Origin: Podarcis bocagei | Taxonomy: Eukaryota | Length of the DNA stretch: 64,000 nt | Assembly: GCA_964188305.1 (NCBI GenBank) | Contig: OZ076887.1 | Reading direction: 5' to 3' (one strand) | Shown here: positions 12,301 to 46,500 of the stretch, piece by piece | How the letters are laid out: each line of letters opens with the position of its first letter | How positions within the stretch are numbered: the first letter of the stretch is position 1 | Program-made: the position numbers and the translations under genes | Notes under the pieces: generated by a model | What the model was told of the DNA's origin: nothing | Databases searched by the model: none | The model's input: only the letters and a program-made list of their open reading frames with translations

Positions 12301-15300
12301 CTAGGAGACTTAAGAAAAGGCAGCACTGCACTAAGGCTTTTGAGGAAGTGGGGAACCATACATACCTGCACTTAATTCAAAACATATTCTTTGAGTATCT
12401 GTCACCAAAAGCAGAGAGATGTATGGGTCACCTACGCTTCTGTTCCATGCCCTGTCAGGTTCTGAATTCTGGGCCCTCACAGCAGTCAGACAGAAGCAAG
12501 AATGAAATAACCCTTGCTTACTCCAGAATCTTGAATCTGCTGTAGCTGTCTTCTTCTCATTGGCATTCTTGTCTTCCACCTTCAGCCATTAGATGGTTAC
12601 AAATTCTGCCGCTTGCTTCCCCTTTCTTCTGTTCTGTTTGCTTTTGTTTTGTTTTGTGGGTGTTTTTGGTATGAAATGTAGACCCCTCTTACTTTGAAGT
12701 TCTTTAATCTCTAGCTCTTTCATACTGCTTTCCTCTGTCTTTAAGGCTCTCCTTATTACTTTTACCAAGGCTCCAGGTGTTTGGATGGCTTTCTATCTAA
12801 GCCATTATATGCAGTTGCTAGTGAACCCCAAACCTTTCCCACTTCCTGCGGCGCATGCAGAGAACTTGGAAAAGAGGAGTATCTGCTTTGCAGCTGAGTT
12901 TCTGCAGGATGGGCAAGAAGGATGAGACCTGTGGGTATAGGGCAGTATACAAATTTACAAACAAACAAAGAAGGTGTCTTCTGCAGAAGCCTAGCAGGAA
13001 AGGACAGAAATTAGCACCCCCCCAAGTCCTTTCTCCTGTGAACTCAGCTTGCACAAGAATGCTCACCAGAGGGCCAAAATGTCTGTCCATCTCTATTCCT
13101 TCTGCCTACCCTTTTGCTGCTCTGTATCTTTGTGATTCTTTCCCCCACCCCAAACACACACACACACTTCTAAAAGCTTATTTCTTCTCTCGTTTTCTGG
13201 AATAAGTTTTCACCTTTACTCATCTCAGTATAGCAGCCCCCTTCGGTGCCCTGCCTGCTCCCTTAGTGTCCCATCTCGTTGATGTAAGCCTATTTCAGCC
13301 CTCCATAAACTGCACCCCCCCATTTATAAAGGAGGCTATAATCCTGCCCACAGGATTAGAAGTCCTTAGTTGTAAAGCTGAATCTATGATGTGTACTACA
13401 TAGAAGAATTGTCGCTTATCCAAACAGAGTTAGCAGAAGCGCTTACAGCTTTTTAAACATGGACTATGTAGACAATGGAGGGATGCGGGTGGCGCAGTGG
13501 GTTAAAACCACAGAGCCTAGGACTTGCCGATCAGAAGGTCGGCGGTTCAAATCCCCGCAACGGGGTGAGCTCCCGTTGCTCGGTCCCTGCGCCTGCCAAC
13601 CTAGCAGTTCGAAAGCACGTCAAAGTGCAAGTAGATAAATAGGTACTGCTCCGGCGGGAAAGGTAAATGACGTTTCCATGCACTGCTCTGGTTTGCCAGA
13701 AGCGGCTTAGTCATGCTGGCCACATGACCCGGAAGCTGTATGCCGGCTCCCTCTGCCAGTAAAGCGAGATGAGCGCCGCAACCCCAGAGTCGGCCACGAC
13801 TGGACCTAATGGTCAGGGGTCCCTTTACCTTTACCTATGTAGACAATGAGAGGCTCATTCTCAGGAGTTCTGTTTACCCTAAGAAAAAGCCAGCCTCGTT
13901 CTCGGGCCTGAGCGTGTCTGACCCCTGGGAACACCTGCTGAGTCGCTTCTAGTTTTCCACCTCTCTTGCACTGAATAGTTTTTGAGAAACTGTAGGAGCC
14001 CTTTGAACTTCTTTTTGTCAAATGCTAAGCAGGCAGTAAGCAGCATCTCACTTTCTTTCAGAAACTCAGGAATTCTTTCCTTCTTCATATTGCATATTTT
14101 CTGCAGAAAGCATAACTGGCTCTGAAAACAGTGGGAAGGAAGAGGCTTACGTGTGACTTTGATAATGGATGTTTTGCATTATCATTTGTGAACTCTAATA
14201 CGGTTGTAATTAGGCACTGATATATTTTCTTGTCACAATGCTAATATCAGAACAGTGCAACTAAATAGGCTGTGAATATTAAATGCCAGTAATTGTTGGA
14301 CTCGAAGGCCGCTTTGTCTGCGGCAATTAGCTATTTGCTTTTTCTCCAGTATGACAACACTGTTAAACAAGGAGGAGAACCTGAGCTCAGGCAGGAATAG
14401 AGACCTGATCAATGAGGCTGCTCCAAGAGGATTTTTTAAAAAGATCAGAATGTACAAAACTTATTTATCTAAAATGTCAAGTTTTGCTGAGCAGTCAGAG
14501 TTGCTGCAGCTCCTGCGGTTTCCATTCTGGTTGCTGGACTCTTCAGAAGTCTCCTGTAAGTTCTTTTATAGATTCTGTTAAGGGTACTTCATTTTCCTCA
14601 CCCCCTCAGAAGTCTAAAATTTTTTTGGCTCTGTGTGTGTTGGGTTCCCCCGCTTTCAGACACCAAAGGCATTGATTTCCCCCTTCTAGTCAGTGCTTTG
14701 ACTTGAGGCAAAAATAAGGCTGTTTCTGTTAAAACAACCTTTTGTACACCTGGCTGTGGTGTCTGTGTCTGCAGTCTGCAAGTCCTTTAATTGGTGGGTC
14801 CTGCAGAAATTATCGATTAGGCTTTCTCTTAAGGCATCAGAGTAGAGGGAGCAAACAGGGTTTTTTGTTTTTTTGGCCACATAACCAGCAGACAGGCTTT
14901 TGATACTTGGGGGCTGCATGTTCAGCTTGAGATTCATATTCCCACTTGAGAGCTGGCAAAAGACCCCTCCTCTCTCTTGTGCTGATTCTGCTGTAATGCA
15001 AACATCATCAGCACAGACAGAACACGTATATGTGACCATTTTACACCTGAAGTACCTTATCAGCTGTCTCTATTCCGTGGAAGCTGAAGGTTAGACTTTG
15101 TGGGCTGTTGGAAGGTGGAATTCAGTGTTGTGCTCCTCCCATCATTTTGTCTGTGCAAGCATTCCAGTTTTCTGGGTAGAAAGACCCGCTCTCTGCTCCC
15201 CCTTTGTGCTGTTTGGGGGGGTGTTCCTCCTAACACTCCCCTCAAGCCAATTTAGGGGGCATGTAGCGGGAGGGGAGGGAAGCCCCATTGCACAAGTAGC

Positions 15301-16350
15301 CAAGATTGGCTGAAGATGTCGATATCAGGCTTCTAATAGGACTTCCAGAAGTGAAGGAAGTTACTGACCACACCTGTGGCTACTACTCATCATTCTGTTG
15401 TGCCCCCCACGTAAAAAAAAACAACCCCAAACACCCTACCCATCCCTTCTTTGGCACTGAATCCTCTGGCCAGGCAGGCTCAAGAGATGGGACTTCACCA
15501 CCAGTTCCTCAGAATGGTTCTTGCCATTTAAGGTGAAGCAAACTCTTCTACACTGGGCTTACTTTATGTATGATCTCACACATAAACGCACACACATAGG
15601 GAGGGAGGAAAGAGCTACAGTTCAGATGAACAGTTATTTTGCTACTTTCTCCCTTTTTCTTCACCCATACTTAACCCTCAGTTGTAGCAAAGGCACAATG
15701 CTTAGAGACCCAAATACAGGAAATTTTGCAAAAGAATGTAACAGCTAGAAATTACGTTCTAATTTGTATAAAGCTGTGCACAGCATTTGAGCTCTTTTGC
15801 TATGCGGTCAGTCTGAAAAATCCCTGGAGATTATTTAGTACATAATCTGGGCTTCTTGGAGATCCTTCTGGTTTTCTTTTTAATGCACTCTGCTACATTC
15901 CTTTAAAAGGAGCCTTTTTGTGCCTTATGAAAGTGAATTGAAAGCACTGCCTCATTCTAAGTCCAGATCAGTTAACCTGGTAATTCTGTGTCTCAGCTTG
16001 CTGCCATTCCAGAGATACAAACAGAGGTCCTTGCCTGGAATCCAGGGCTCTTTTAACTAGAGACAGAACTGAGGGCCTTCCATACGCAGCTGTTTGCAAC
16101 TGCCTAGGTCCAACTCCCTGTGCTGATTTCTGCCTTCTTTGTCCACAGAATTTGCTACTTCAGTCGCCTCTTCTGGGAGTGGGGTGAAGGCGTCAGAGTG
16201 CACGACTCTCAAAAAAGGGACAATTCGGAGAAGCTATCCAAAGACGCTGTCTTATCCTTCATCAGACTCCACTCGCCCTACGACCAGCTCCTCACGCGAT
16301 CCTGGGGGACAGGAAATGAGCCTGGGTTGGAATCTTCAGCAGCTGATTAG
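311..16350 (+). CDS. CMTR1: CMTR1 (cap-specific mRNA 2'-O-methyltransferase 1), 3' part: 11 coding exons; 5' exons lie upstream of the window
   Basis: Exons 311-367, 780-837, 3470-3538, 4272-4403, 5104-5226, 7601-7692, 8200-8268, 9138-9185, 10205-10317, 11651-11759 and 16149-16350 have AG/GT boundaries and phase-compatible junctions. The spliced translation is colinear with the human CMTR1 C-terminal portion (QIKALAKI...[23 protein letters not shown]...RLFWEWG). Confidence 0.97.
780..837 (+). CDS. CMTR1: CMTR1 exon ([19 protein letters not shown])
   Basis: ttctag|G...GGG|gtgagt. Confidence 0.95.
2573..2701. mobile_element. Older copy of the hAT palindromic MITE family
   Basis: CCTCCAG..GTTGGACT…AGTCCAAC..CTGGAGG inverted structure, CTCTAG in both flanks. 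Confidence 0.75.
3470..3538 (+). CDS. CMTR1: CMTR1 exon ([23 protein letters not shown])
   Basis: ctctag|ATT...CAG|gtgaga; identical to the recalled human peptide. Confidence 0.96.
3886..4170 (-). mobile_element. L2 LINE 3' fragment
   Basis: [15 protein letters not shown]…FRRHLK peptide typical of the L2 ORF2 end. Confidence 0.8.
4272..4403 (+). CDS. CMTR1: CMTR1 exon ([44 protein letters not shown])
   Basis: ttttag|GGT...GGG|gtaagt. Confidence 0.95.
5104..5226 (+). CDS. CMTR1: CMTR1 exon ([41 protein letters not shown])
   Basis: tgcag|AAG...GAG|gtaaga. Confidence 0.95.
7195..7462. mobile_element. Old non-autonomous DNA transposon (MITE-like; possibly PIF/Harbinger)
   Basis: Inverted ends CATGTCATGATAAGC…TTGAAATAAACTAT and ATAGTTTATTTCAAGCTTATCGTGACATG; internal AAACCA/TAGTTT repeats. 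Confidence 0.6.
7601..7692 (+). CDS. CMTR1: CMTR1 exon ([31 protein letters not shown])
   Basis: ccctag|GGA...CG|gtaagc. Confidence 0.95.
8200..8268 (+). CDS. CMTR1: CMTR1 exon ([23 protein letters not shown])
   Basis: ttgcag|A...CG|gtgagt. Confidence 0.95.
9138..9185 (+). CDS. CMTR1: CMTR1 exon ([16 protein letters not shown])
   Basis: ccacag|A...AG|gtaagt. Confidence 0.95.
10205..10317 (+). CDS. CMTR1: CMTR1 exon ([37 protein letters not shown])
   Basis: gcgtag|G...G|gtatgt. Confidence 0.95.
11150..11608 (-). mobile_element. Decayed L2 fragment hosting the hAT MITE
   Basis: Minus-strand LDYC…[12 protein letters not shown]…HWLP motifs. Confidence 0.65.
11242..11377. mobile_element. hAT (Charlie-like) palindromic MITE
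   Basis: CAGG…CTTG termini, near-perfect internal palindrome, exact 8-bp TSD ATTTAGAT (11234-11241 and 11378-11385). Confidence 0.9.
11651..11759 (+). CDS. CMTR1: CMTR1 exon encoding the WW domain ([36 protein letters not shown])
   Basis: ccacag|AT...CA|gtgagt; W...FFYN...T..P WW-domain pattern. Confidence 0.94.
13480..13834 (+). mobile_element. Sauria SINE, full length
   Basis: tRNA-like head with A/B boxes, (ACCTTT)n tail, TSD CTATGTAGACAATG at 13464-13477 and 13835-13848. Confidence 0.93.
16149..16350 (+). CDS. CMTR1: CMTR1 terminal coding exon ([43 protein letters not shown] + 23 aa, TAG)
   Basis: ccacag|A ATT TGC; matches human [22 protein letters not shown]...LSKEDVLSFI. Confidence 0.94.
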
Positions 16351-18580
16351 AATCAAGTTTCTTCCAGCTGCTTGCAGTGAGCCATGGAGGAAAACTATGG
16401 TCAAGGAAGCCTGGTCGGGCGGTAGGGGAATCAGTACAAAACAAATGGGAAATGGCTTCCGACTGCAAACTAACTCTGTACATAAATATCTGCTCCGGGC
16501 AGTTTATCCTGCAAGTACCACAGAGGTAAGATTCCTGGAGCAGAGGACATTCTTCCGGATTGATCCCCACCATCTCTTTCTAGGGCTTTCCCCACCTGTG
16601 CGACGACCACCTGGCCTCCACGTAGCAGATGGCACAGCGAGCAAGAGGATGCGCACAGCTCCTCGGTCGTGCTTGTAAGAGTGGGAGACAATCTAGCTGG
16701 AGGGAAGAGCGGGTTTTTAAAGGCCTCAATTTGTCCTCTTTGGTGCCTCTCTGCTTTAGGAGCCTGGTGTGAATTCACTGGGAAGTTTGGCTCTTGCAGC
16801 ACTTACTTCCTTGGGCTTGTGGCTCATGCCTAGGGAGTTCTGGATGCTCGAGGGGCGAAAACTGGGCAAATGGGAGGTATTGATTGTAATGGTTCAGGGG
16901 TAGTTACTGCCGACAGTGACTTGTGACTATGTTGAAAGCGGGATTTCATGCTTCTATGCAAAGTAAGTTTGTTGCGCTTTCCCACTCTCCACTTTCAGTA
17001 ATGCAAATGGGTCACCCCAAGCAATTCCATTTTGAAATCCTTGAGGCATGCCTAGTGTTTTTCACTGAGTTCAGCGAGTTGGGAAGATTTGGAATTTAGA
17101 GGATTGGTGGCCTCCAAGAAGCATGTGGTTTGGTTGAACCATCTGGACTTGATCTTTCCAGGGTAACAGCCAGCCCTCTTCTAAATAGGTCACTTTCCCT
17201 TGGCCTTTTTAATTATTAAAATAAGCACCAGAAATCATTTTTACGTTTAGATCAAAAATTCCGTCTGTAATGAAGGCACAGAGGATCTTCTTTCTTTTCC
17301 TTTCCTGCAATGACAATGAAAAGTAACCTTTGCTTTTCTGGCCTGTATTTTGGCACTTAAGCTCTTGTGAGCTGAGAACAAAAGACCAGCTTGAAAGGGC
17401 ACAATGGTGCTTCCCCGTGTTGCGACTTTGCTTGAGATGGAAGGAAAACCTTTGCTGCGTTTTCTAATGGGAGCCAGTCATTAACACACTGCAAAAGACT
17501 ATGGAGGCAGTGAAGGCACGGAAGTATTTGCACATGTTGGCAAGAAGGGACAGCGTCGACTTAAGGGGTGGCCTAGATTGTGCCTTAAGAAATCTGTGAA
17601 GCTTCCTGCAATTGAAGGCATCACCCGAGTCTCTGCCCTGATAGCAAAGCACCCAGAACAGGACATTAACAAGGGACACCCAAGTCCGCTGTGGGGAGGT
17701 ACTAGGCAAGGCACCACCACTCCACACAACCCTTTATAAACCTCCTTATAAGCAGAACCTAAATCTTGTGGCTGTTTTTGTGCTTTTATTAGGCATGGCC
17801 TTCAAGCCTGCTGTTCTTCAGTCACAAGGTTCACATACATTCATACTTTATTTATAGCAGTAGCTTAAGCAGTTGTCTAGCTTGATCAAGACTTTGCACC
17901 ACTGGAACTTGTTTCGAGGTTCCTTTACTGGAATACGGCAACGGGAGTTGCAAGCTGTCCTTTTTGCACAGCGGCTGAGTCTCTGTTGATCAGGCATGAG
18001 GAGGAGGCCACTCCATATACTGGAGGGACATCAGCTGGCGCCAAGGGGTGGTGCCAAACCAAGGTTCTGCTTTTTCAGGGCAATTGTGGCAGGGAAAGGG
18101 CAAATTTCAAATCAAAACTGCCTTCCTGATACGGGATCATCCTCTGGGTAGAGCATAGGGCAGTGCGTTACCCATTTTGTTTCAAGTGGGAAGGGACAAA
18201 GGTGAATAAATAACCTCTGACTCCTCTAATTTGAACTTCATGGCGTTGGTTTCTGAAAGTACTTGTTTTGTAGAACAGCATGGTGTGTTTTGAGCTGCCT
18301 TCTCCCCTGCGCCTAATATGACACAGCAGACGAGACTAATGAGACATGTAATTAACAGTGGGTATTCTAGCTCAGAACCTCCTTGCCTGCTGGCATAGAA
18401 TATTTCAGAAAGATTTTATTATAAGACCTGGCTTCCTCTGATGCTAGTCTATATTATTTGAGGGCAATTGGTAGGGAAAGTATGAATACTGGGGTAGAAT
18501 GATTTCAGAAATGTCTATCCTCACTTAATTCACCTGCGTTACAGCTAATTTCTGTTATCATAGGGCTAGTAAATGGTGTT

Positions 18581-18586
18581 AATAAA
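18581..18586 (+). terminator. Candidate CMTR1 polyadenylation signal AATAAA (alternatives: ATTAAA 17215-17220, AATAAA 18205-18210)
   Basis: Hexamer downstream of the CMTR1 stop, followed by G/T-rich sequence; usage unknown. Confidence 0.4.
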
Positions 18587-19218
18587 AGATCTAATGGCCT
18601 CTTGTGGGGTCAAGATTCTTCCATTGCGAAGTACACTAGCTGGGGAGCCCAGCACTCCCAAGTCATTTCAAGATCTGTTAAAGGCTGCATGCCTGACACT
18701 AATGAACATTATAACAGCTTAATTCCAGTATTGGGGAATGGACTCTTGATAAGTTCAGATCATGGAGGGCTATTATCATTAGAAAGACTGGGCCTGGATA
18801 ATGCAACCTGCTGTTGTTGCCTGTTCTCATACCAGCCCATGGGGGAAGGTGGTCAAAAATGTCTTGCTGAAAGGAATGTTTACACAATGTGTTCTGTGAA
18901 GCTGTGTACCATTTGTGTTTGTTCCTCTTCCCTTTTTGTCTGTGCATCACCAATACAATCCTTCTAATTCAGAAATGTGCTGTGTTCTTGGCTTAGATGA
19001 ATTTCCCAGAGCTCTGCTGTGTATACAAAGTGGCCTAAGGAAGGGAGGGTAAAACTGCTCTGGCTTGAACACTTTGTAAAGAAATAGTAAGAGAGAGACT
19101 CTGAGTATTAATACAGCTTAACATAAGCCATGGACAATACACTGTTGGCTTCCATGAGACTGTAGCTCTTTTCAGCTCCGCCTGGCAACGTGCGCCCAAC
19201 ATACAGACAGTATCAGGA

Positions 19219-19224
19219 TTTATT
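19219..19224 (-). terminator. Candidate CCDC167 polyadenylation signal (alternatives at 19402, 19379, 18415, 17847, 17785)
   Basis: TTTATT on + strand; the downstream minus-strand sequence is GU-rich (CTGTCTGTATGTTGG). Confidence 0.35.
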
Positions 19225-19890
19225 ATCAAGCTCATTTTGATCAGTGGAAGATGGGCCATTTCACGAGTCCCATTATTATAAACATAAAAACCAACACAGG
19301 CTTCATTCTTGGTACAATTATTTCCTAGGCACAGCAAAGAGGCAGAAGATAGATCCTCTTCCAAGTGGGAGGATGGTATTTATTCAAATTGTGGAGTTAG
19401 TTTTATTTGCCCTTTGCCAACCCCAGGAAATTCTTCTGCCCTGTACTATTCCCAGATGCTCCACCTATGCTGCTCAGTGGGAAAGGAAGGCGTTGAGGAC
19501 TATGGAAATAGGAAGAGAGGGAGAGGCTTGGTGTCTATTGAACGCGGGGACTGGGAGAAAAGCTTTGCAGTGGCAAAAGTTTCATTTTCAAAATGCTTGA
19601 GCTACTGAAACAATCTGGGGGACCGATTACACACAGGTGGCTTCTTAAGAACAGGAAGTGGCAGCATTACTGATTATTCACCACAGAATAACGGGACGGC
19701 TCCAACCATACTTCAGCCTCTTCTCCAAAATTTTCCTCATACTTCAACAGCAGGGACTGCCGAGGCCATTATGATTTGGAGGTGTCTAGAGAGCACTGGC
19801 TTGGAAAGCCGATCACGCCCTCGAGACAGTCTGGTGAGGGAAAGAAGAGGTTATCACAGTCACGTCATGAGGGGATCTTGGCAGAATCTG

Positions 19891-43515
<23,625 letters not shown>

Positions 43516-46500
43516 TTTCCCCCTCCACGTTGCACAGGTGGGCTGCACATGCGCACAGCTTTCCTCCGCCTCCCTCCTGAGTCAGGCGCGGGATGGCCAC
43601 GTAGGCCCTCACTCAAGCAAGGGGGCGGGGGTTCGAGTAGCCTCCTTAGCCATCTTTGCCCCGGGTATTCCGGTCCTTTCTCTCCGCTTTCCATCGCGCA
43701 CGTGCACGCCGCCATGTTTGAGAAGGGCAAAGCAATTCTGGTTTAGTGGGAGACGTGGCTTAAGGAGAGGCTTTCTGTGTTTAAGGTTTCTGGCCGGCAG
43801 AAGAGCCGCCGAGTAAAAAGTTAGGGGTAGGGCTTGGAAATGTTACACAGCATTGCGTTTCGGCGACTGATAGATGCTGCCGCAGTTAAATACCTCGAAT
43901 AAGTCGAATTCGCTACTGGGGGAGGGAGGGCATGGCATGGATTGTTACCTTATTTCTGCCTGGCGATTCTGTTATCACCTACATCTTCCTACACCCCCCG
44001 CTATTCGTTTTATCTCATGAAACGAGAACGATTTTCATCTTTTAGCTGGCTCACTCCTTCATACAAAAAATAGTATCTATAATGTGTTACTAAATATGGT
44101 GTTGGGCTCATATGGTGTTGTCAGAACGGAAAAATGCAAAATATTTTGAGGATGCGGTTGTGTCGTATCCTTTTAAAAACAATTGTGTGGTGTTGAGGGA
44201 TGCTTTTATGGTCCCTAGTGGGGCAGATCCACACCATATATTTAAAATGCAATCAAGACACGTTTAAAGTACATGACTTCTCCCCCCAAAATATGGGAAG
44301 TGTAGTTTTCTCACATATTTACCATTCCCAGTACCCTAAACATACTACAGTTCCCAGGATTCTTTGGGGAAAATCATAGTGTTAGGAGTTTGTGGGTGCC
44401 AGATCTCTTTAATCCCTGGTTCCAGCAAGTTTAGAAGCCAATTAAGAGCTAACTTCATCAATCCATTATTTTTAATCATGTAGCTGGAGAATAGCAGCAT
44501 AGATATGGAGAGAGATGGTTGACATCATGTAGTGTTCAATTATTAATCATCAAGATGGATACCACTTTTACCAAGACCCATAATTGAAGTGGTTGCTGAA
44601 CTACCAATAATATTAGGTTCCTTAACAATAATTGCGGCAAGGTGAATGGAGCAAATAATAAAAAATGCTAATGACTAAAACTTCAGATGTTCTAAAAGCT
44701 CACAAGACTGCATTAAAACTCTGATTTTAGCAGCTTCTTCGTCTTTTTTTTTTGCTTGTGAGCCTTTAGTATGCACAGCATGCATCTTTCCCACCCCAAG
44801 TGCAAGGAAAGCAGAGTTCTAAACAGTATTTTTTTACAAGAAAACCAAACTCCCCACCAACTTATAGCATATTTCTTATAATTTCAGGCAGCTAGAAAAC
44901 ACCCAAAATTATGAGTCTTATAATTAAACTAGACAAGGAGGCACCTTTGGGTAAGGCTGTGAAATCTATCCAAAACAACACAAGCTGCTACTGAAATACA
45001 ATCATTTTGTGTTCTTGGGCGGAACATAGTCATCTGCGTTATAGCGGAGGGTGGCAAAGCAACCTGAAAGGAAGATGAAGGCAACAATACTGCTTAGGGT
45101 ACAGAAAATGAAGAGGTGTTTAGGCAAAGTGAATTGATAAGTAGCTTGAAATTTAACAGGGAGGGATGATACTGAAATGTAGTTCTTAAGGTTGCACAAA
45201 TCACTTTGAGGGCCACTTTTACCTGTTTATTAATTCAAAAGGGCCACAGTGCTATATCACTACTGGGACAATGTCACATTTTCAACTAAGTGCTTAGGTT
45301 TTTTTTTAGTCCATTTTCTGTTAACTGAATTTTTCTCTGCACCAACATTTCTGTCAGCCTCCTTCATTCCTTTATTTTCTCCCTCTCTGTAGCCACAGTT
45401 CTGTGTGCTCTTCATCTGTTACTCCCTTTTACTCTTTCCCCAGTTCATAGGTCTCTCTAACCTCCTTTTAAAAATTTCCCTTTTTCCTTTCTCTGTATTT
45501 CTGACTCCATTTCTCTGTTCATCCATAGTACTCTTTTCTCATCTCTACAGCATCACAGATCTCTCTACCTCGTATGTTACCCCACCTGCCTCTTCTCCGT
45601 TTCTCCACCTTACAGGGTCTCTTTGCCTCCCCCTAGGGCCAAACTAGGCAGGACTCAGGAGTTCACTTCAAAAATGCAAAACCATATCAGAGGAAACTGA
45701 AGGTGTTTAGCATTGCAGCAGGCAAGAAGTAGGAAGTTAACATCTTTCTCCTCTGCTGTGGTCCTGAGGAAAAGCTCTTTTCTAAAGGTGTGGCATTTGC
45801 AACAAGAGGGAATTCCCTATTGGTGGGGGGGGGTTACTCCCTAAAGCCAACACTGCCTTTAGTAGAGGAATTTTCCTCAAAGGCTAGCAGGAAAACCCTA
45901 TGCCTGCTGCAGTCCCAATCATTATAATTCCTACCACCGCTAATGCAGCTTTTTGCATTTTTAAAAACCTGCATGTGAAATGGAACAATGCATTTAATGT
46001 CACATCTTATTTGAACCTTAGTCTCTCTTTTTGTTCTGTTTCTGTTCCCCTCTATAGATCTCTGCACTGAACAAGCAACAGCGAGCCACAACACCAAATG
46101 TATTCTCTCCTACCAAAGCAGGACATTTTTTAAAACATATAAAATATGGGGAAATTTTCCCCAGCCCTCACAAATTCCCCCCTGCCCATAAACGTAATAT
46201 CAACCCACCCTTTTAATTCTGTTTGGATTTGGGGGGAAACAAATGCAGGTTTAAATGCAGCTCGCTTTCTCTTCTAGGCTTGTCATTTAGGGCTTGCTGT
46301 TCTGCTTTAAGCAAAACCTGTACCTATGTAACCCCTATGGCTTAAGTAGACCTGTTACTTTAAGGAGGTTCAACGCTTTCAAGCTCTTGTGTGCAGATGG
46401 GTGGGGAGGAATGGTGGCCTTTGGAAGCCATTTTGACTAAGAGCTGCAGGAAAGGGATTCAGGACAGGCCTGGCTTATCGAGTTATTTCAAAGGGTGAGT

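Noticed and set aside
13480-13570. tRNA gene (A/B boxes)
   Set aside because: It is the tRNA-derived head of a Sauria SINE.
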